Counted from the first letter of the whole stretch, positions 12,659-26,250 are shown. The stretch: DNA of 63,508 nt, filler included, from Octopus bimaculoides (GCF_001194135.2; 5 parts of 5 records of this genome joined end to end with filler, not necessarily neighbours in it), one strand, 5' to 3'. The notes: generated from the sequence alone by a model not told the origin. Numbers and translations are program-made.

Positions 12659-13699
12659 ATAATAAAGGAAAAACGACCATCTTACTACTTAATAGTGAAA
12701 GTAAATCTTATCTTTAAACACGGAAATCTGGTGAGTCTGAATGGGATGTCAATGTACCATGTTATCACCAAATGTTTTCTGTGCCTATGTAATCACAAAC
12801 AGTCACAGATAACCTCTTACAACCTTTGACTAGTATTTTATTCTGGGTGAACCCCATAACCGTTCGATGTCTAAAAATTAGTTTTGTAGAAACTTCTTTC
12901 AAAATTCCTATTTTGTTTCTCACGCATGAACCTGTGTAAGTTGAACTTTGTAAAGTGTTAGAGCAAGGAAGTTAGAAATTTCTTGCAATACATACCAGTA
13001 CATACATCTGAAGCGAGATATTTTCAGGGGCCCTTAAACTGCTATTGGGGATCCCCCGATTTACTATTTGATTGCATCCCCCCTCAAAAAAATCTTATAT
13101 AGTCCACAAGGAGCCATATGGGACCCACTTGACAAGCACTGCTTCATACACATAATTAATCGAATCATTCAAGATACAATGGCTAGAGAGAGACGGCTGT
13201 ACCAACTCTTGGCTGATACGCATATTCAAGTATGTATTCTTGAACAAAGTTAAATGAAGTGCCTTGTTCAAGCACAAAATACATCGCCCAGCCCGGAATT
13301 CAAACTCAGGAACTAACGATCAAGACTACAACACCGTTATAACTGATCCATGAACCTTCTCTCATACATCTTACAAGGTTTGTTTTGTATATATTACACA
13401 GCTGCAGTTGCTTTTCAGACATGTTTCCCCAACTTTTAGCATTTATAATTAATGCTGCCGCTTAGAGGATTTTTCTCTTTCGGAAAATGATTGAACTATA
13501 TATTACTGGCAATAACATATGTTAATACCCCTGAGACTCTACTCTCTTGGCAATAACATCTGTTGGTTTACTGAAGGACTTATTTTCGCATCAGCTAGGG
13601 CCACATAGAATAAAATTTGCTATTTCTCTTCCCACCAAAATAAGAGAGAGAGAGAGAAGAGAGAAAAAACGAAAGTCTGGGAAATGGGGCTAAAGAGAA

Positions 13700-13746
<47 letters not shown>

Positions 13747-14343
13747 AGTGAGGTAGAAAGTAAAGTATCAACTAATCTCAATTTTCACTGTCTCTTATTA
13801 AATTAATTCGGATTCTGTAAACAGAAACTCCGTAGCACACAATCACCAGTGACGAAACATTTCGCTTTACAGCTACTGAGTGATGTTTCGAAAAGCCATT
13901 ATATATATTTATATAGATGNNNNNNNNNNNNNNNNNNNNNNNNNNNNNNNNNNNNNNNNNNNNNNNNNNNNNNNNNNNNNNNNNNNNNNNNNNNNNNNNN
14001 NNNNNNNNNNNNNNNNNNNNNNNNNNNNNNNNNNNNNNNNNNNNNNNNNNNNNNNNNNNNNNNNNNNNNNNNNNNNNNNNNNNNNNNNNNNNNNNNNNNN
14101 NNNNNNNNNNNNNNNNNNNNNNNNNNNNNNNNNNNNNNNNNNNNNNNNNNNNNNNNNNNNNNNNNNNNNNNNNNNNNNNNNNNNNNNNNNNNNNNNNNNN
14201 NNNNNNNNNNNNNNNNNNNNNNNNNNNNNNNNNNNNNNNNNNNNNNNNNNNNNNNNNNNNNNNNNNNNNNNNNNNNNNNNNNNNNNNNNNNNNNNNNNNN
14301 NNNNNNNNNNNNNNNNNNNNNNNNNTATATATGTTCATATATA

Positions 14344-15232
14344 AAGGGTCATCCCATAGATAATGCGTTTTATTCAATTGCATGAACTAAAAGTAGGAGT
14401 GGGACGGGATAAACTGCCTGAATCATCTTGCTATAAAAGCAGGTAGTAATAGTACGTTGTACTTATTCTTAGTGCAAGTTTTTGAAAAGTGTAGTTAGAT
14501 TTTCACAGTTATTTTTTCAAACCTATAATGGAAGTGACAAAAGATCATATTCGGCATATTTTGCTTTATGAGTTCAATAAAGGCAACCACGCAACAGAAA
14601 GTACGAGGAGTATTAATGCAGTGTATGTGAATCGGACACAAGCGTAAACCAGCGTCCAAGGTGGTTCCACAAGTTCTGAGTCGGACACCAAAGCCTAGAA
14701 GACGGGCATCGTCCTGAAAGATCTGTAGAGCTCGACGAGGACATCCTGCAAACCTTGGTGGAATAAAATCCTATCTTAACTGTTGAAAAACTTGGATTTG
14801 GTCATTCAATCAGATATTCAAGTCAGCGGCTTTGGTTTCAAGACGAAAGTTGTTTTTCCATTAGGATAATGCTCGGCCACATACAGTGAAGATAACATTC
14901 CTAAGGCTGGAGCAGTTTGAACGGGAGACAATGCCCCACCCACCATATACGCCGGACATTGCCCCATCTGATTATCATTTATTCCATAATCTTCAAAATG
15001 ATTTGGATGGAAAAATATGAATCCTGTAGACGTGGTCAGAACATTACTGGAGGATTTTTCGTCACGGAAAGTGAATTTTGGAAGAGGGGCCTTGCAAGAC
15101 TACCAGATAGATGGAAGCGAATTGTCGAAAATGAAGGAAAGTATATTTTAGATTTAAAAAGTACTTTGTTTATCTTCATTTTGAAGAATTAAAAAAGTAT
15201 AAAATGAACGCATTATTTATGGAATGACCCAA
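14344..15232 (+). pseudogene. Mariner transposon with internal deletion (889 bp)
   Basis: 26-bp TIRs aagggtcatcccatagataatgcgtt / aacgcattatttatggaatgacccaa (22/26), with TA on both sides. Translation MEVTKDHIRHILLYEFNKG... jumps near 14810 to DNARPH...HPPYTPDIAPSDYHLF; the WVPHEL/first-Asp region is missing. Confidence 0.92.
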
Positions 15233-15238
15233 TATATA

Positions 15239-16515
15239 TTAATGTCATCAAGTATGAAATTTGTAGAAAAGAAATAAGTTTGCTAATGTTTTTTTATATA
15301 TACAAGGAATAGTTCTATTCATCAAATTATGCAACCATATTGTCAATAGCCTATTGTTATTTCAGCGGTAGCTTGTTCAGGCCGGAACTGTAAAAGCCTG
15401 GCAATCTAGAGTCAATAAAATTTTAGAAGGCCTGTCTTACGCCATCATCGGAATGAAATTTTTTTCCTGTCAAAAAGTTATCCAAATTCTGGAAGAAGTG
15501 GTAGTCAGTGGGGACAAGATCAGGTGAGTATGGTGGATGATGGAGAACTTCCAACTCCAACTCCTGTAGTTTCGCCAATGTGATTTTTGCTGTGTGGTCT
15601 GGCTTTGTCTTGCAATAAAATAGGAGTGGATCTGTTGACTAATCTAGGCTCTAGGCTGTTGTTTTTTGTAAGTTTATGCATCATTTGGTCCAGTTGGCTG
15701 CACTATACTTCGCCAGGTTTAATGATGTCATAATGGATCACACCTGCACCAGAACACCAAATGCATCAGCTTCTTTTGATGAATTTTGCTTTTCGGACTG
15801 TGTGTTGGTAACTCGTCTTTGTTCAACCATCGGGCTGAACGTTTACGGTTGTTGTATTGGATACATTTCTCAACACATGTTACAATTTGACTCAAAAATG
15901 ATTCATTTTTGGTACGCGAAAGTAGCATAATGCAGGCTTCCAAACGTTGCTGTTTCTGATTTTCATGAAGTTCATGAGGAACCCACTTATCTACATTTTT
16001 CACTTTTCCGATCTGAACTAGGTGAGTCAATATTTTTTGCTTACTAACACCAAACAACAACGATAATTACCGGGCACTTTGAAATAGATATAACTCGACA
16101 GTGGCTTTCGGTTCGTCATTATCCACCTTTGTTTCTGGTCGACCGCGTTGCTCATTTCTTAGGTCAAAGTTACCAGAATGAAATTTTGAAAAACAATTTG
16201 ATACTGTCAGCTATGTAATAACATTAGGATGAAAAACTCCATTAATATTCCGAGCTGTCTGTGATGCTGTATTTCCATGAAAGAACTCATATTTCAAAAC
16301 TGTACGAATTTCCGACTTATTCATCTCTAAACAAAAGTAGCAAAAAACGATTTATAAATTTGTTATAAAGCCCAAAATGAGTTAGAATAAAGAAATAGAA
16401 GTGTCAAATTTCTAAGAAAAAATTAAAGTTTATGAAAATAAAAGAATGGCGAAAAATGAGCAGCAGTCAATTTTTACCATTTACTTTAATACAAATTTAA
16501 TACTTCACGACCTAA
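15239..16515 (-). pseudogene. Near full-length mariner transposon (1277 bp), inactivated
   Basis: ATG at 16324 (MNKSEIRTVLKYEF), WVPHEL, IVTCVEK (TCDEK), HPPYSPDLVPTDYHFF; diverged TIRs ttaatgtcatcaagtatgaaatttgtag vs ttaggtcgtgaagtattaaatttgtat; TA flanks; internal stops. Confidence 0.92.
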
Positions 16516-16606
16516 TATATATACATACATACATATGAGTGTGTATGTATGAATCTATATATACAAATTTATACATATATATATTTATATATACATATAT
16601 ATATAT

Positions 16607-16641
<35 letters not shown>

Positions 16642-17319
16642 NNNNNNNNNNNNNNNNNNNNNNNNNNNNNNNNNNNNNNNNNNNNNNNNNNNNNNNNNNN
16701 NNNNNNNNNNNNNNNNNNNNNNNNNNNNNNNNNNNNNNNNNNNNNNNNNNNNNNNNNNNNNNNNNNNNNNNNNNNNNNNNNNNNNNNNNNNNNNNNNNNN
16801 NNNNNNNNNNNNNNNNNNNNNNNNNNNNNNNNNNNNNNNNNNNNNNNNNNNNNNNNNNNNNNNNNNNNNNNNNNNNNNNNNNNNNNNNNNNNNNNNNNNN
16901 NNNNNNNNNNNNNNNNNNNNNNNNNNNNNNNNNNNNNNNNNNNNNNNNNNNNNNNNNNNNNNNNNNNNNNNNNNNNNNNNNNNNNNNNNNNNNNNNNNNN
17001 NNNNNNNNNNNNNNNNNNNNNNNNNNNNNNNNNNNNNNNNNNNNNNNNNNNNNNNNNNNNNNNNNNNNNNNNNNNNNNNNNNNNNNNNNNNNNNNNNNNN
17101 NNNNNNNNNNNNNNNNNNNNNNNNNNNNNNNNNNNNNNNNNNNNNNNNNNNNNNNNNNNNNNNNNNNNNNNNNNNNNNNNNNNNNNNNNNNNNNNNNNNN
17201 NNNNNNNNNNNNNNNNNNNNNNNNNTAATCAAGTATCTGCACGCCTGGAGAACTACGTTACGTAGAAACAATGGTATTGAATGAAAATAAATTTCCAACG
17301 TACTTGTTTTTGTATAATC

Positions 17320-17367
<48 letters not shown>

Positions 17368-18234
17368 GTATCGAAAAATACTTTAGGAATGAGAAACCAG
17401 GTTCAAAATTTCCCCAAGACACCTGTAGAAGGTTGGAGGGTATAACAACAAACAAGATGAGGACAAATATCCGTCGAATGTAAATAATGAAAATAATGTA
17501 AATAATGTAGAACAAGTAAATAATATAGAACAAGTAAAAGAATAAAAGGATATATATATATATGTATTACTCTCTCCAGGCACAACACGATATATATATA
17601 TGTATGTATGTACATACACACATTCTATGTATATCGAAATAGCTCTTCGCATATACTTACTACTAGTATCACCACTGCCACGGTTGTCATTGTTGTCGTC
17701 CTCAATCTCCGTTTTCTCTCTTCTTCTCCCACTCCTCCTCATCCTCCTCCTCATCATCAACGTCTTCATCATCGTCTTAAAATACATTTATAGACCTAAC
17801 TATATGTAACTTGAAAGGAATGCAAAATATTGTGTAACAACAAATGTAATATCGATATACCTCACGACCTTTGATCAAAAGTATTCTAATCATCATCATC
17901 ATGTATGTTAACATGCACTTAGTATTACAATGCTTGCTCTCAATTACATTTTTTTAAAACAAATATACGTGCCTCGTGAGACATTTGGCTGTTATGTCTA
18001 GAAGGGTGATGCACATAGAGCCGATATTCTCCAATGTTTTGGCAGGTTTGTTTACTTATATATGTGTAAGGCTTTTCAGCAATTTGTGTATCAGAATGTA
18101 TGATTTTTGAATTCCCCCACGTCTCCGTATGTGCGTATATGTGTCAAAGCGCACATATAAATGTGTGCTTTTGTATCTGTGTATGACACCACACAAAGGT
18201 GCCTCTGAGTCACTGTATGTAAATTGTGGCATGC

Positions 18235-18270
<36 letters not shown>

Positions 18271-18370
18271 NNNNNNNNNNNNNNNNNNNNNNNNNNNNNN
18301 NNNNNNNNNNNNNNTTAATTAATTAANNNNNNNNNNNNNNNNNNNNNNNNNNNNNNNNNNNNNNNNNNNN
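18271..18370. other. Artificial scaffold-join spacer (44 N + TTAATTAATTAA + 44 N)
   Basis: Identical 100-bp construct four times in the window; the 12-mer is palindromic with TAA in all six frames. Confidence 0.97.
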
Positions 18371-18454
18371 GACGAGTGGAACAGGCTCCTTTTAACGCGT
18401 CGCACGGTCGACACAAAAATATATATTATATACTATAACATAAGGGTACTCACA

Positions 18455-19306
18455 TGTGAAATGCGAGGAAATTGCCAGCAAGGAAAAGATAGAGACTCAA
18501 CCGGTAAAGATGTATAACAGTAAGGTTTATTGGTTGTCAACTAGAATGTCTGTGTGAGTGTGAATGCGACATACTTAAACACAATATAAGACAGGCCGTC
18601 ATGTAAACAAAGAGTGTGTATACAAATATATGTATGTGAATGCAAGAGATACAGAGCATAGAAAACAGTCTATAATAAGGACATTAAAAGTCCAGAACAC
18701 AAGGATGTGAAATACCAGTTCTCAGTTAAGGTACACAGTAGATTGAAAGTCTGTATATAAGAGGTTGAGGTGTTGAGGCAGAGCTAAGTCACATGTTGTG
18801 CAGTTGAGGCTTCTATGCCGAGCCGGCTACTTGATACAGGGGTTTCTTGCAGGTATCGAATTCTGGTTATTTCGTGGTAAAACAATTCACACAAACAGGG
18901 TTGAGACAAGCTGCGGTTGCTGTTGGTAGCTTGTGTATGTAGAGACGTCGTGTTGACGTTGGCGACAAAGCTTGTAGTAAACAGTTGAACGATGGTGTTG
19001 GTGTCGTCGCTGGAAACTGGCTGGTTGGTGTTACGTGGTCAACGACCAGACCTTAGAAGGTCTGTAGCCGCGTCAAACTGGAGTGGATAAAGCAGGCTAT
19101 TTATAGGTACAAAGAGGCTCCAGAAACATCAAACAAACACTCTCTCACGTGACCTTATTAGATGGCCACGATTGGTCGGTATGCACCCTGGCGCGATACA
19201 GAACTGGAGACAAATGCTGCGCAAATTAGAGTCAGTCAGGGTGATGGACACAGCAGGGTCCAAGGCGGGAAAGAGATAGATGTTACCCGCTACGTTCGCA
19301 TTTGTA
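18455..19306 (-). mobile_element. Solo LTR-like sequence (about 850 bp)
   Basis: Starts TGTGAAATGCGA and ends TCGCATTTG (8-bp inverted match). Minus strand has TATAAATAG (19097-19105) and AATAAA (18526-18531) in U3-R-U5 order. CpG-rich, no ORF, no TSD seen. Confidence 0.5.
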
Positions 19307-19699
19307 AATAAATAACCAAGAGAGGTGGTTTCACTACAAAGTTATACCTTTTATTATAAACCATTTTAGGACTGGGACTAACTTCACATCACGCCTCAAA
19401 AAAAAAAAATTATACATAATATCTAGGCATGGCAGTGTGGTTAAGAAGTGTCACGTATTGAACTTCCAAGCAATATGTAACGAATACTGCCCAAATGTTT
19501 AGATAATTAGAAACTGCCAATCACATGGCATGCACAAGTTTTATGTGAGCTGGTCTGTTTTTTTCTGCATATTGCAACCAAAGTAAACGGGGACACACGG
19601 TTGATTCCATCTCTATAGGATTATGATTGATTGTTTCCCCTTCTCGTATATTCTGCTGTTTGTTGTGCTTCTGGTATGGTGAGATAGAAATTCACACTC

Positions 19700-19860
19700 T
19701 TGAGTGGTTGGCGTTAGGAAGGGCATCCAGCTGTAGAAACTCTGCCAAATTAGATTGGAGCCTGGTGTTGCCATCCGGTTTCACCAGTCCTCAGTCAAAT
19801 CGTCCAACCCATGCTAGCATGGAAAGCGGACGTTAAACGATGATGATGATGATGATGATG
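19700..19860 (+). mobile_element. SINE 3' half with (GAT)n tail
   Basis: gagtggttggcgttaggaagggcatccagctgtagaaac...cggacgttaaacgatgatgat; same family at 20150-20350, 21050-21160, 22620-22720, 32545-32630, 32940-33170. Confidence 0.85.
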
Positions 19861-21018
19861 ACAGCTATTTGATCCTTGTTCTTATACCTGTGCTTACGAA
19901 ATAAGCAAATCACAAAACTTGACAAGAAGCTACTTTACAACCATGTGCTTTCAGGTTCAGTTACATTGTGTGGCACCTTGGGCAAGTGTCTTCTACTATA
20001 GCCCTAAGCTGACCAATGCCTTGTGAGGGAATTTGATAGACTAAAACATGTAGAAGCCTGTCATACTGAGTGCTATTTTTATGGCACCAGCACCAGTGAG
20101 GTCCCCATGCAACTTGCAAGATTCCAAGTTCCCTTTGACTCACTCTGTCAAAGAGGACCTTAGTCTTACAAGCTACATGGTGACTTCACTAGTGCTGGTG
20201 TCGCATAAAAAGTACCCAGGACTCTTTAAAGTGGCTGGCATTAGAAAGGGCATCCAACAATTGAAACCATGCCAAAGCAGTCGTTAGACCAGTTGGATCC
20301 TGTTTAAATCATCAAACCAATGTCAACATAGGACATGGATGTGGAATGATGACATATATGTGTGTGTCTGTTTGTCTCACTGCCACTTGACAACCAGAGT
20401 TGGTGTGTTTATCTCCCCTTAACTTAGTTGTTAAAAAAGAAAAAAAAACTATTGTTATAAGTACCAAACTTTAACCATTGTTCTGCAGAGATCTGATATA
20501 TCCACTCAAAATTTCATTACACTTAACTGCAGAAAGTAATTTATGTACCAAAATCTGTCTTTTATTGAGGAATGTCCTGTTTGGAAGTGTTTCTTGTTGA
20601 AGTGTCTCAAGTTTATTGAGGCAACATGGCTTGGTAGATATCTAACCGGAATAACCATGAAATTGAATTTCACAGTTAAAGGATTAAAAAACAGAGTACT
20701 GGAGGTTGGTATGTTTGACCAGCATAGTCGTGATCCAATGACTGAGACATGTGTAAAAGGATAAAAGAATACTTAAAGCACTCCTTGACAATAGTCGAGT
20801 GAACTAACACACCTTCCTAGTTATGGTAACATGACCTTTTTGCTACAACACAACCAGATTTTGAACAAACATTCATGATTAACTTGTGGGTTTGTGTTTC
20901 ATCCTAACAATCTTTAGGTGAATTATGTGTCAACATGGCAGCAGGATGAAGAGGTCATGGTTATAACTATCACTTTTGTAACTTCTTACTGTTTCTCTCT
21001 CTCTCTCTCAATCAATGA

Positions 21019-21049
<31 letters not shown>

Positions 21050-22845
21050 TCATCATCATTTAAGTCCATTCTCCATGCTGGCATAGGTTGGACAGGTTGA
21101 CCAGGGCTGGCATGCTGGAAGGCTGCACCAGACTCCAGTTTGATTTGGCGTGGTTTTCTAGATACACATACACACACATACATATATACATGTGTGTNNN
21201 NNNNNNNNNNNNNNNNNNNNNNNNNNNNNNNNNNNNNNNNNNNNNNNNNNNNNNNNNNNNNNNNNNNNNNNNNNNNNNNNNNNNNNNNNNNNNNNNNNNN
21301 NNNNNNNNNNNNNNNNNNNNNNNNNNNNNNNNNNNNNNNNNNNNNNNNNNNNNNNNNNNNNNNNNNNNNNNNNNNNNNNNNNNNNNNNNNNNNNNNNNNN
21401 NNNNNNNNNNNNNNNNNNNNNNNNNNNNNNNNNNNNNNNNNNNNNNNNNNNNNNNNNNNNNNNNNNNNNNNNNNNNNNNNNNNNNNNNNNNNNNNNNNNN
21501 NNNNNNNNNNNNNNNNNNNNNNNNNNNNNNNNNNNNNNNNNNNNNNNNNNNNNNNNNNNNNNNNNNNNNNNNNNNNNNNNACACATAAGTTGATATGAAT
21601 AAGGAAAATATGACAAGTTAAAAATGCTAAAATAATTTTAGCATTTTCTACCTTGTCTTATTTTCCTTATATATATACACACACACACACATCACTGAAA
21701 TCTCAAAGCTACAAGATAATGCATGATTAATTTAAAACATGAATAAATAAGCATTGCATTTGACAGAAAAATCTGAACGCTAAAGGGTTGAACCAACAAA
21801 ATGCTACCATTCGCATACAGTCTCTGGGAGAAAGACAGCATTTTGTTTCCAAAAGTGGGAATGAGAAAAAAAAAAAACCTCAGAGAATGCTAATTGAAGG
21901 TTATCTGATACATTTATTGTCATCTGGGTTGTTTTCATGGAAATTCTTTGTGTGTAATGCTTTGTGTTGGCTTTAGAGTATCTTGTTTTCATAGTAGGAT
22001 ATATTTTTTGCAGTAACTGACTACACAACTTTCGTTGTATGATTGCAAACTCAAAATACTTTTCATGAAGCTATCAAGCAGGGAAACTAGTACTTGCTGT
22101 TGCTTTTGAGAATGGTTTCAAATTTTGGCACAAGGACAGCAAGTTTTGGGGAGAGGGCTAGTTGATTATATCAACCCAAGGGCTCAGCTGGTACTTACTT
22201 TATTGAAACCTGAAAGGATAAAAGGCGAAATTGACCTCAGCAGAATTTGAGTTCAGAATGTAAGGACAGAGCATTTTGCCTGCTGTGCTAACTGTTGCTT
22301 TTAATAACAATATGTTTTAGCAATTTGTGATCTAAATTTTTTCATGTGCAAGACATGATCACAAATTTTCAAAACTAGATAAGATAAAATAATAAAGAAA
22401 GAAATTTTATATCTGTTCACTGAAGTGTGGTTGTGACATCAGAACATGAGATATTTCACAGTCACATTCCCAGCCACACCCATCAATGTACAATACAAAA
22501 GCGTAATCTATTTTAATTTGTATGTTTTATTGTTCCGCAATTGTAAAGGTTACCATATTCACATAACTCAGCAAACTTTCCAAAACGTACCACCGCATAC
22601 AACTACATAAAGAAGATACTTTCAACATCATCATCATCGTTTTATGTCCGTTTTCCATGTTGGCATGGATTTGATGGTTTGATAGGATCTGACGAGCTGC
22701 AGAGCTGTGCCATGGCACAAAATGTTTTGCTGAGACACACATATATAAATGTATACATCAATTATATATATATATCATCATCATCATTTAATATTCATGT
22801 TCCATGCCACCATGGGTTAGGTAGTTTGACAGCTTCTAATTAGAC

Positions 22846-23104
22846 CAATGGTTCTCAACCAGGGATCCACATGACCCTTGGCAGGTTCCATATAAGATTT
22901 TGCTGTTAAAATTTATCTGCCAAAAATTGGTTACACTTTTACAATACGCAAAATATTTCCACAATTTTTAATACAATTCCTAATAATATTAATTATAAAA
23001 ATATAATAATAGGATTGTTAAGAACTTCAAATGGTTATAAGGGCCCAGTAGAACAAAATAAGAATCAAAGGGGTCCATAGGCAAAAAATGGTTGAGAACC
23101 CCTG
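22846..23104. mobile_element. hAT-type MITE (259 bp)
   Basis: TIRs caatggttctcaacc / ggttgagaacccctg; 8-bp TSD aattagac / aattagaa; inverted relative to the 35316 copy. Confidence 0.85.
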
Positions 23105-23280
23105 AATTAGAACAAGGACTGCATTGTATTCCAGCATTTGCTTTGACATGATTTCTACAGTGGGACACCCTTTCTATCTCCAATTACTTTATAGCCTGTA
23201 TAGAGAGCTTTTTTTCATACCACCAGCACTAACGAGTTTGCCATGTAGCTTGTAAGACAACAAACCCCAAAGGAAATATA

Positions 23281-23321
<41 letters not shown>

Positions 23322-24424
23322 CGTTTTTGGATTTGGTTTGCAAAATTTTTTATGTGATTTCGTGTGTTGAAGCATATTCTGTTGTGTCTGGGGAGAGTCA
23401 TTTTCTTATTGTGCCTTATAATTTAACACACTCACCGGTAAAATTTCCACTTATTTCTTATTTTTATTTTNNNNNNNNNNNNNNNNNNNNNNNNNNNNNN
23501 NNNNNNNNNNNNNNNNNNNNNNNNNNNNNNNNNNNNNNNNNNNNNNNNNNNNNNNNNNNNNNNNNNNNNNNNNNNNNNNNNNNNNNNNNNNNNNNNNNNN
23601 NNNNNNNNNNNNNNNNNNNNNNNNNNNNNNNNNNNNNNNNNNNNNNNNNNNNNNNNNNNNNNNNNNNNNNNNNNNNNNNNNNNNNNNNATATAGAGAAAA
23701 TAGAAGTTGAAAATGTACTGAGAATAGTTGAAATATTTTTTTATTAATATATTAAAAGCTTTAACTGGTTTCACAGTTTACATTGATTTTCAAAATGTTC
23801 AAATAGAAAGACACAGCTTACGTTGCAGCTGTCTTGTTTCTGACTAGTGTTTGAAGCTTGTCCTATTATTATAGGGAGTTCATCGCTCAAATTAGTACAT
23901 GTTTTGAATAGGATTTGATTGGTAGAGGATAGTCACATGACTGCTCTTAAAATTTTTTGTAGGTTAGGTTCCCTGCTACATCCCTGTTAGTATTGAGTGA
24001 CAATGTTTAGCATTGTAAATTAAGGCTGACACAGTTGACTGAACATGTCCAAACAATCAATGCTCTGAATGTTTTCTGTCAAGTGTTTGTAGAGAATGAA
24101 CACATGTTTAAGTGTATAACTTTTTGTAGGTTTCCTACTACGTCCATGCATTAGTGCTACATGACAGTATATTTTGCACCTAAAAAGAAGACTGACACAG
24201 TTGAGTGAACAAGGCACTCCAAGTTTAATTGGTCTGGTGAGAGAGTGAACAGGAGTCATTTGTATGTAGTCCAGTGGCTAAAGTTATGGTTGTTAGCTGT
24301 GTAGGTTCCTTATGATAAGTGGCAGAAGGAGTTTTGTGTGTGAATAGTTATTTGTGTATGTACTCTGTTAAAGTCTTGGTTTGTACTTTTGTAGGGAAGT
24401 ATTTTCTCAGTGCATTTTCAACTT

Positions 24425-24700
24425 CTATTTTCCCTGACTGGCTCCTGTCCTGGTGGCATGTAAAAAGCACCATTTGAGCGTGGTCGATGCCAGTACCGTG
24501 TGACTGGCCCTCGTGCCAGTGGCATGTAAAATACACCCACTACACACTCAGAGTGGTTGGTGTTAGGAAGGGCATCCAGCTGTAAAAACATTGTCAGATC
24601 AGATTGGAGCCTGATGCGGCCTCCTGGCTCGCCAACCCTCAGTCAAACCATCCAACCCATGCCAGCATAGAAAGCACATGTTAAACAGCAACAACGATGA
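24425..24700 (+). mobile_element. (GAT)n-tailed SINE
   Basis: Matches the 19700 and 40395 copies. Confidence 0.8.
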
Positions 24701-25254
24701 TGATAATATATAACTTTGCTGAATCATGTGGAGACAGTAACCTTTACAACAACAAAACAGACAAGTTAAAACTTAGTTTTAAACCCCATTTATGTTCTTT
24801 TGATATCTATGCAGCACCTAGAACCAACCCTGGGTCAGATCTTCAGTTAAAATTGGATTTGACACTGACATGGTTGTTTTACCTCACTGTGAGAACACAC
24901 ACATTTGTATATATTTGCATCTAATGATATTGAGGAATCTGATATTTCTTTAAACTGTGGTCCCTTTTATTAAAGTTAATATTCAAGCATGCATTTAGCT
25001 ATATTCCTTCACATTCCGGGACCAATTCCCTGCAGTAATGTTGGATCAAATTTTTCCAGTTGAGTACGTTTTGTGTTCAAATATCTCTGAAGTTAACTTG
25101 GCCTTCTACCCTTCCCGGGTCTTTAATTAAAATAGGATACCAGTAAAGATTGATTTAATCCACTAAGTCCACTCCAACATAGTTTCTGGCTTTATTGCTT
25201 ATTTAAGAAATTTTTTGCAAATCCATAGGCACCACATTGGCTCAACACAAAGAA

Positions 25255-26250
25255 ACAATTCATACAAGCTTATCCTTTTAGCGTTGAAGTTACTGTCAAA
25301 CATAATACTTATTAATTCACATTGCTTTTGAATCAATTCTGTATTATCTCATAACATTGAAATTTTGATGATGTGATTATTTACTTTTAGAAAGACATTG
25401 TAGGGTATGTATGAGAGTCCAGATCTAGCCATTTGGAACATAAAACAGATAGAATATTTGGGCTGGATATGACGAGGTTAAATACATATTTATGATATAA
25501 CCAAGAAGCATGAGACTTTTATGGCAGAGATATTAGCATTTATGATGTTCACATCTTTCCAACTTGGCATTTGCAAGATTTAGTGATGTGACATTTTGTC
25601 AAATGGGAATCAATCCAAAGTTGAAATTCTCATTCTTATTAAACATCTTAACTCGTTAGCATTCAGATTACTCTGGGTCAAGTGTAATGCTTATTTATTC
25701 ACATTGTTTTGAATTAATCCTGTATTATCACAAAGCTTTGAGAATTCAATGATGTGATTGTTTATTTTTTAGAATGACATTGTAGAGTAGGTGTGAGAGT
25801 TCAGATCTGGCCAGTTGGAACATAGAACAAGGACAATATCTGAACCCTGGATATGGTTTAGTTTAAACACATGTTTGAGACATAACCATGAAGTGTAATA
25901 TTTTAATGACAGAGATATTAGAATTTATGATATTCATGTCTTTCCAACTTGGCATTAGCAAGATTTAGTGATGTGACATGTTGTCAAAAGGCAACCAATC
26001 CAAAGTTCAAATCCTGATTCTTATAAAATTACTCAATCCTTTGGAATTACATACTCATGTAACGCTTATGAATTCAGATTGTTTTAAATCACTCCTGCTT
26101 TGCCTCATAACTTTGAAATTTTGCGAATGTGATTGTATATCTATAGAATGATATTGTAGGTAGGTGAGAGAGCTCAGATCTGGCTAGTTTGAGCATAGAA
26201 CAGGTAGAATATTTGTGCCAGTTATGGCCAGTTTAAATGCTAAAGAATTA
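25255..26250 (+). repeat. Tandem array MITE-spacer-MITE-spacer-MITE, period about 385 bp
   Basis: ctttccaacttggcatt recurs at 25555 and 25940; three diverged copies of the ttaa-ccctttagcatt...aatgctaaaggg MITE also seen at 34117 and 21690-21790. Confidence 0.85.

Noticed and set aside
20543-20970. Possible small plus-strand exons (KGLKNRVLEVG; VNYVSTWQQDEE)
   Set aside because: Splice signals are only partial and no coherent peptide chain or homology emerged.
25540-25640. Box C/D snoRNA in the duplicated spacer
   Set aside because: No RTGATGA/CTGA pair conserved in both copies and no terminal stem.
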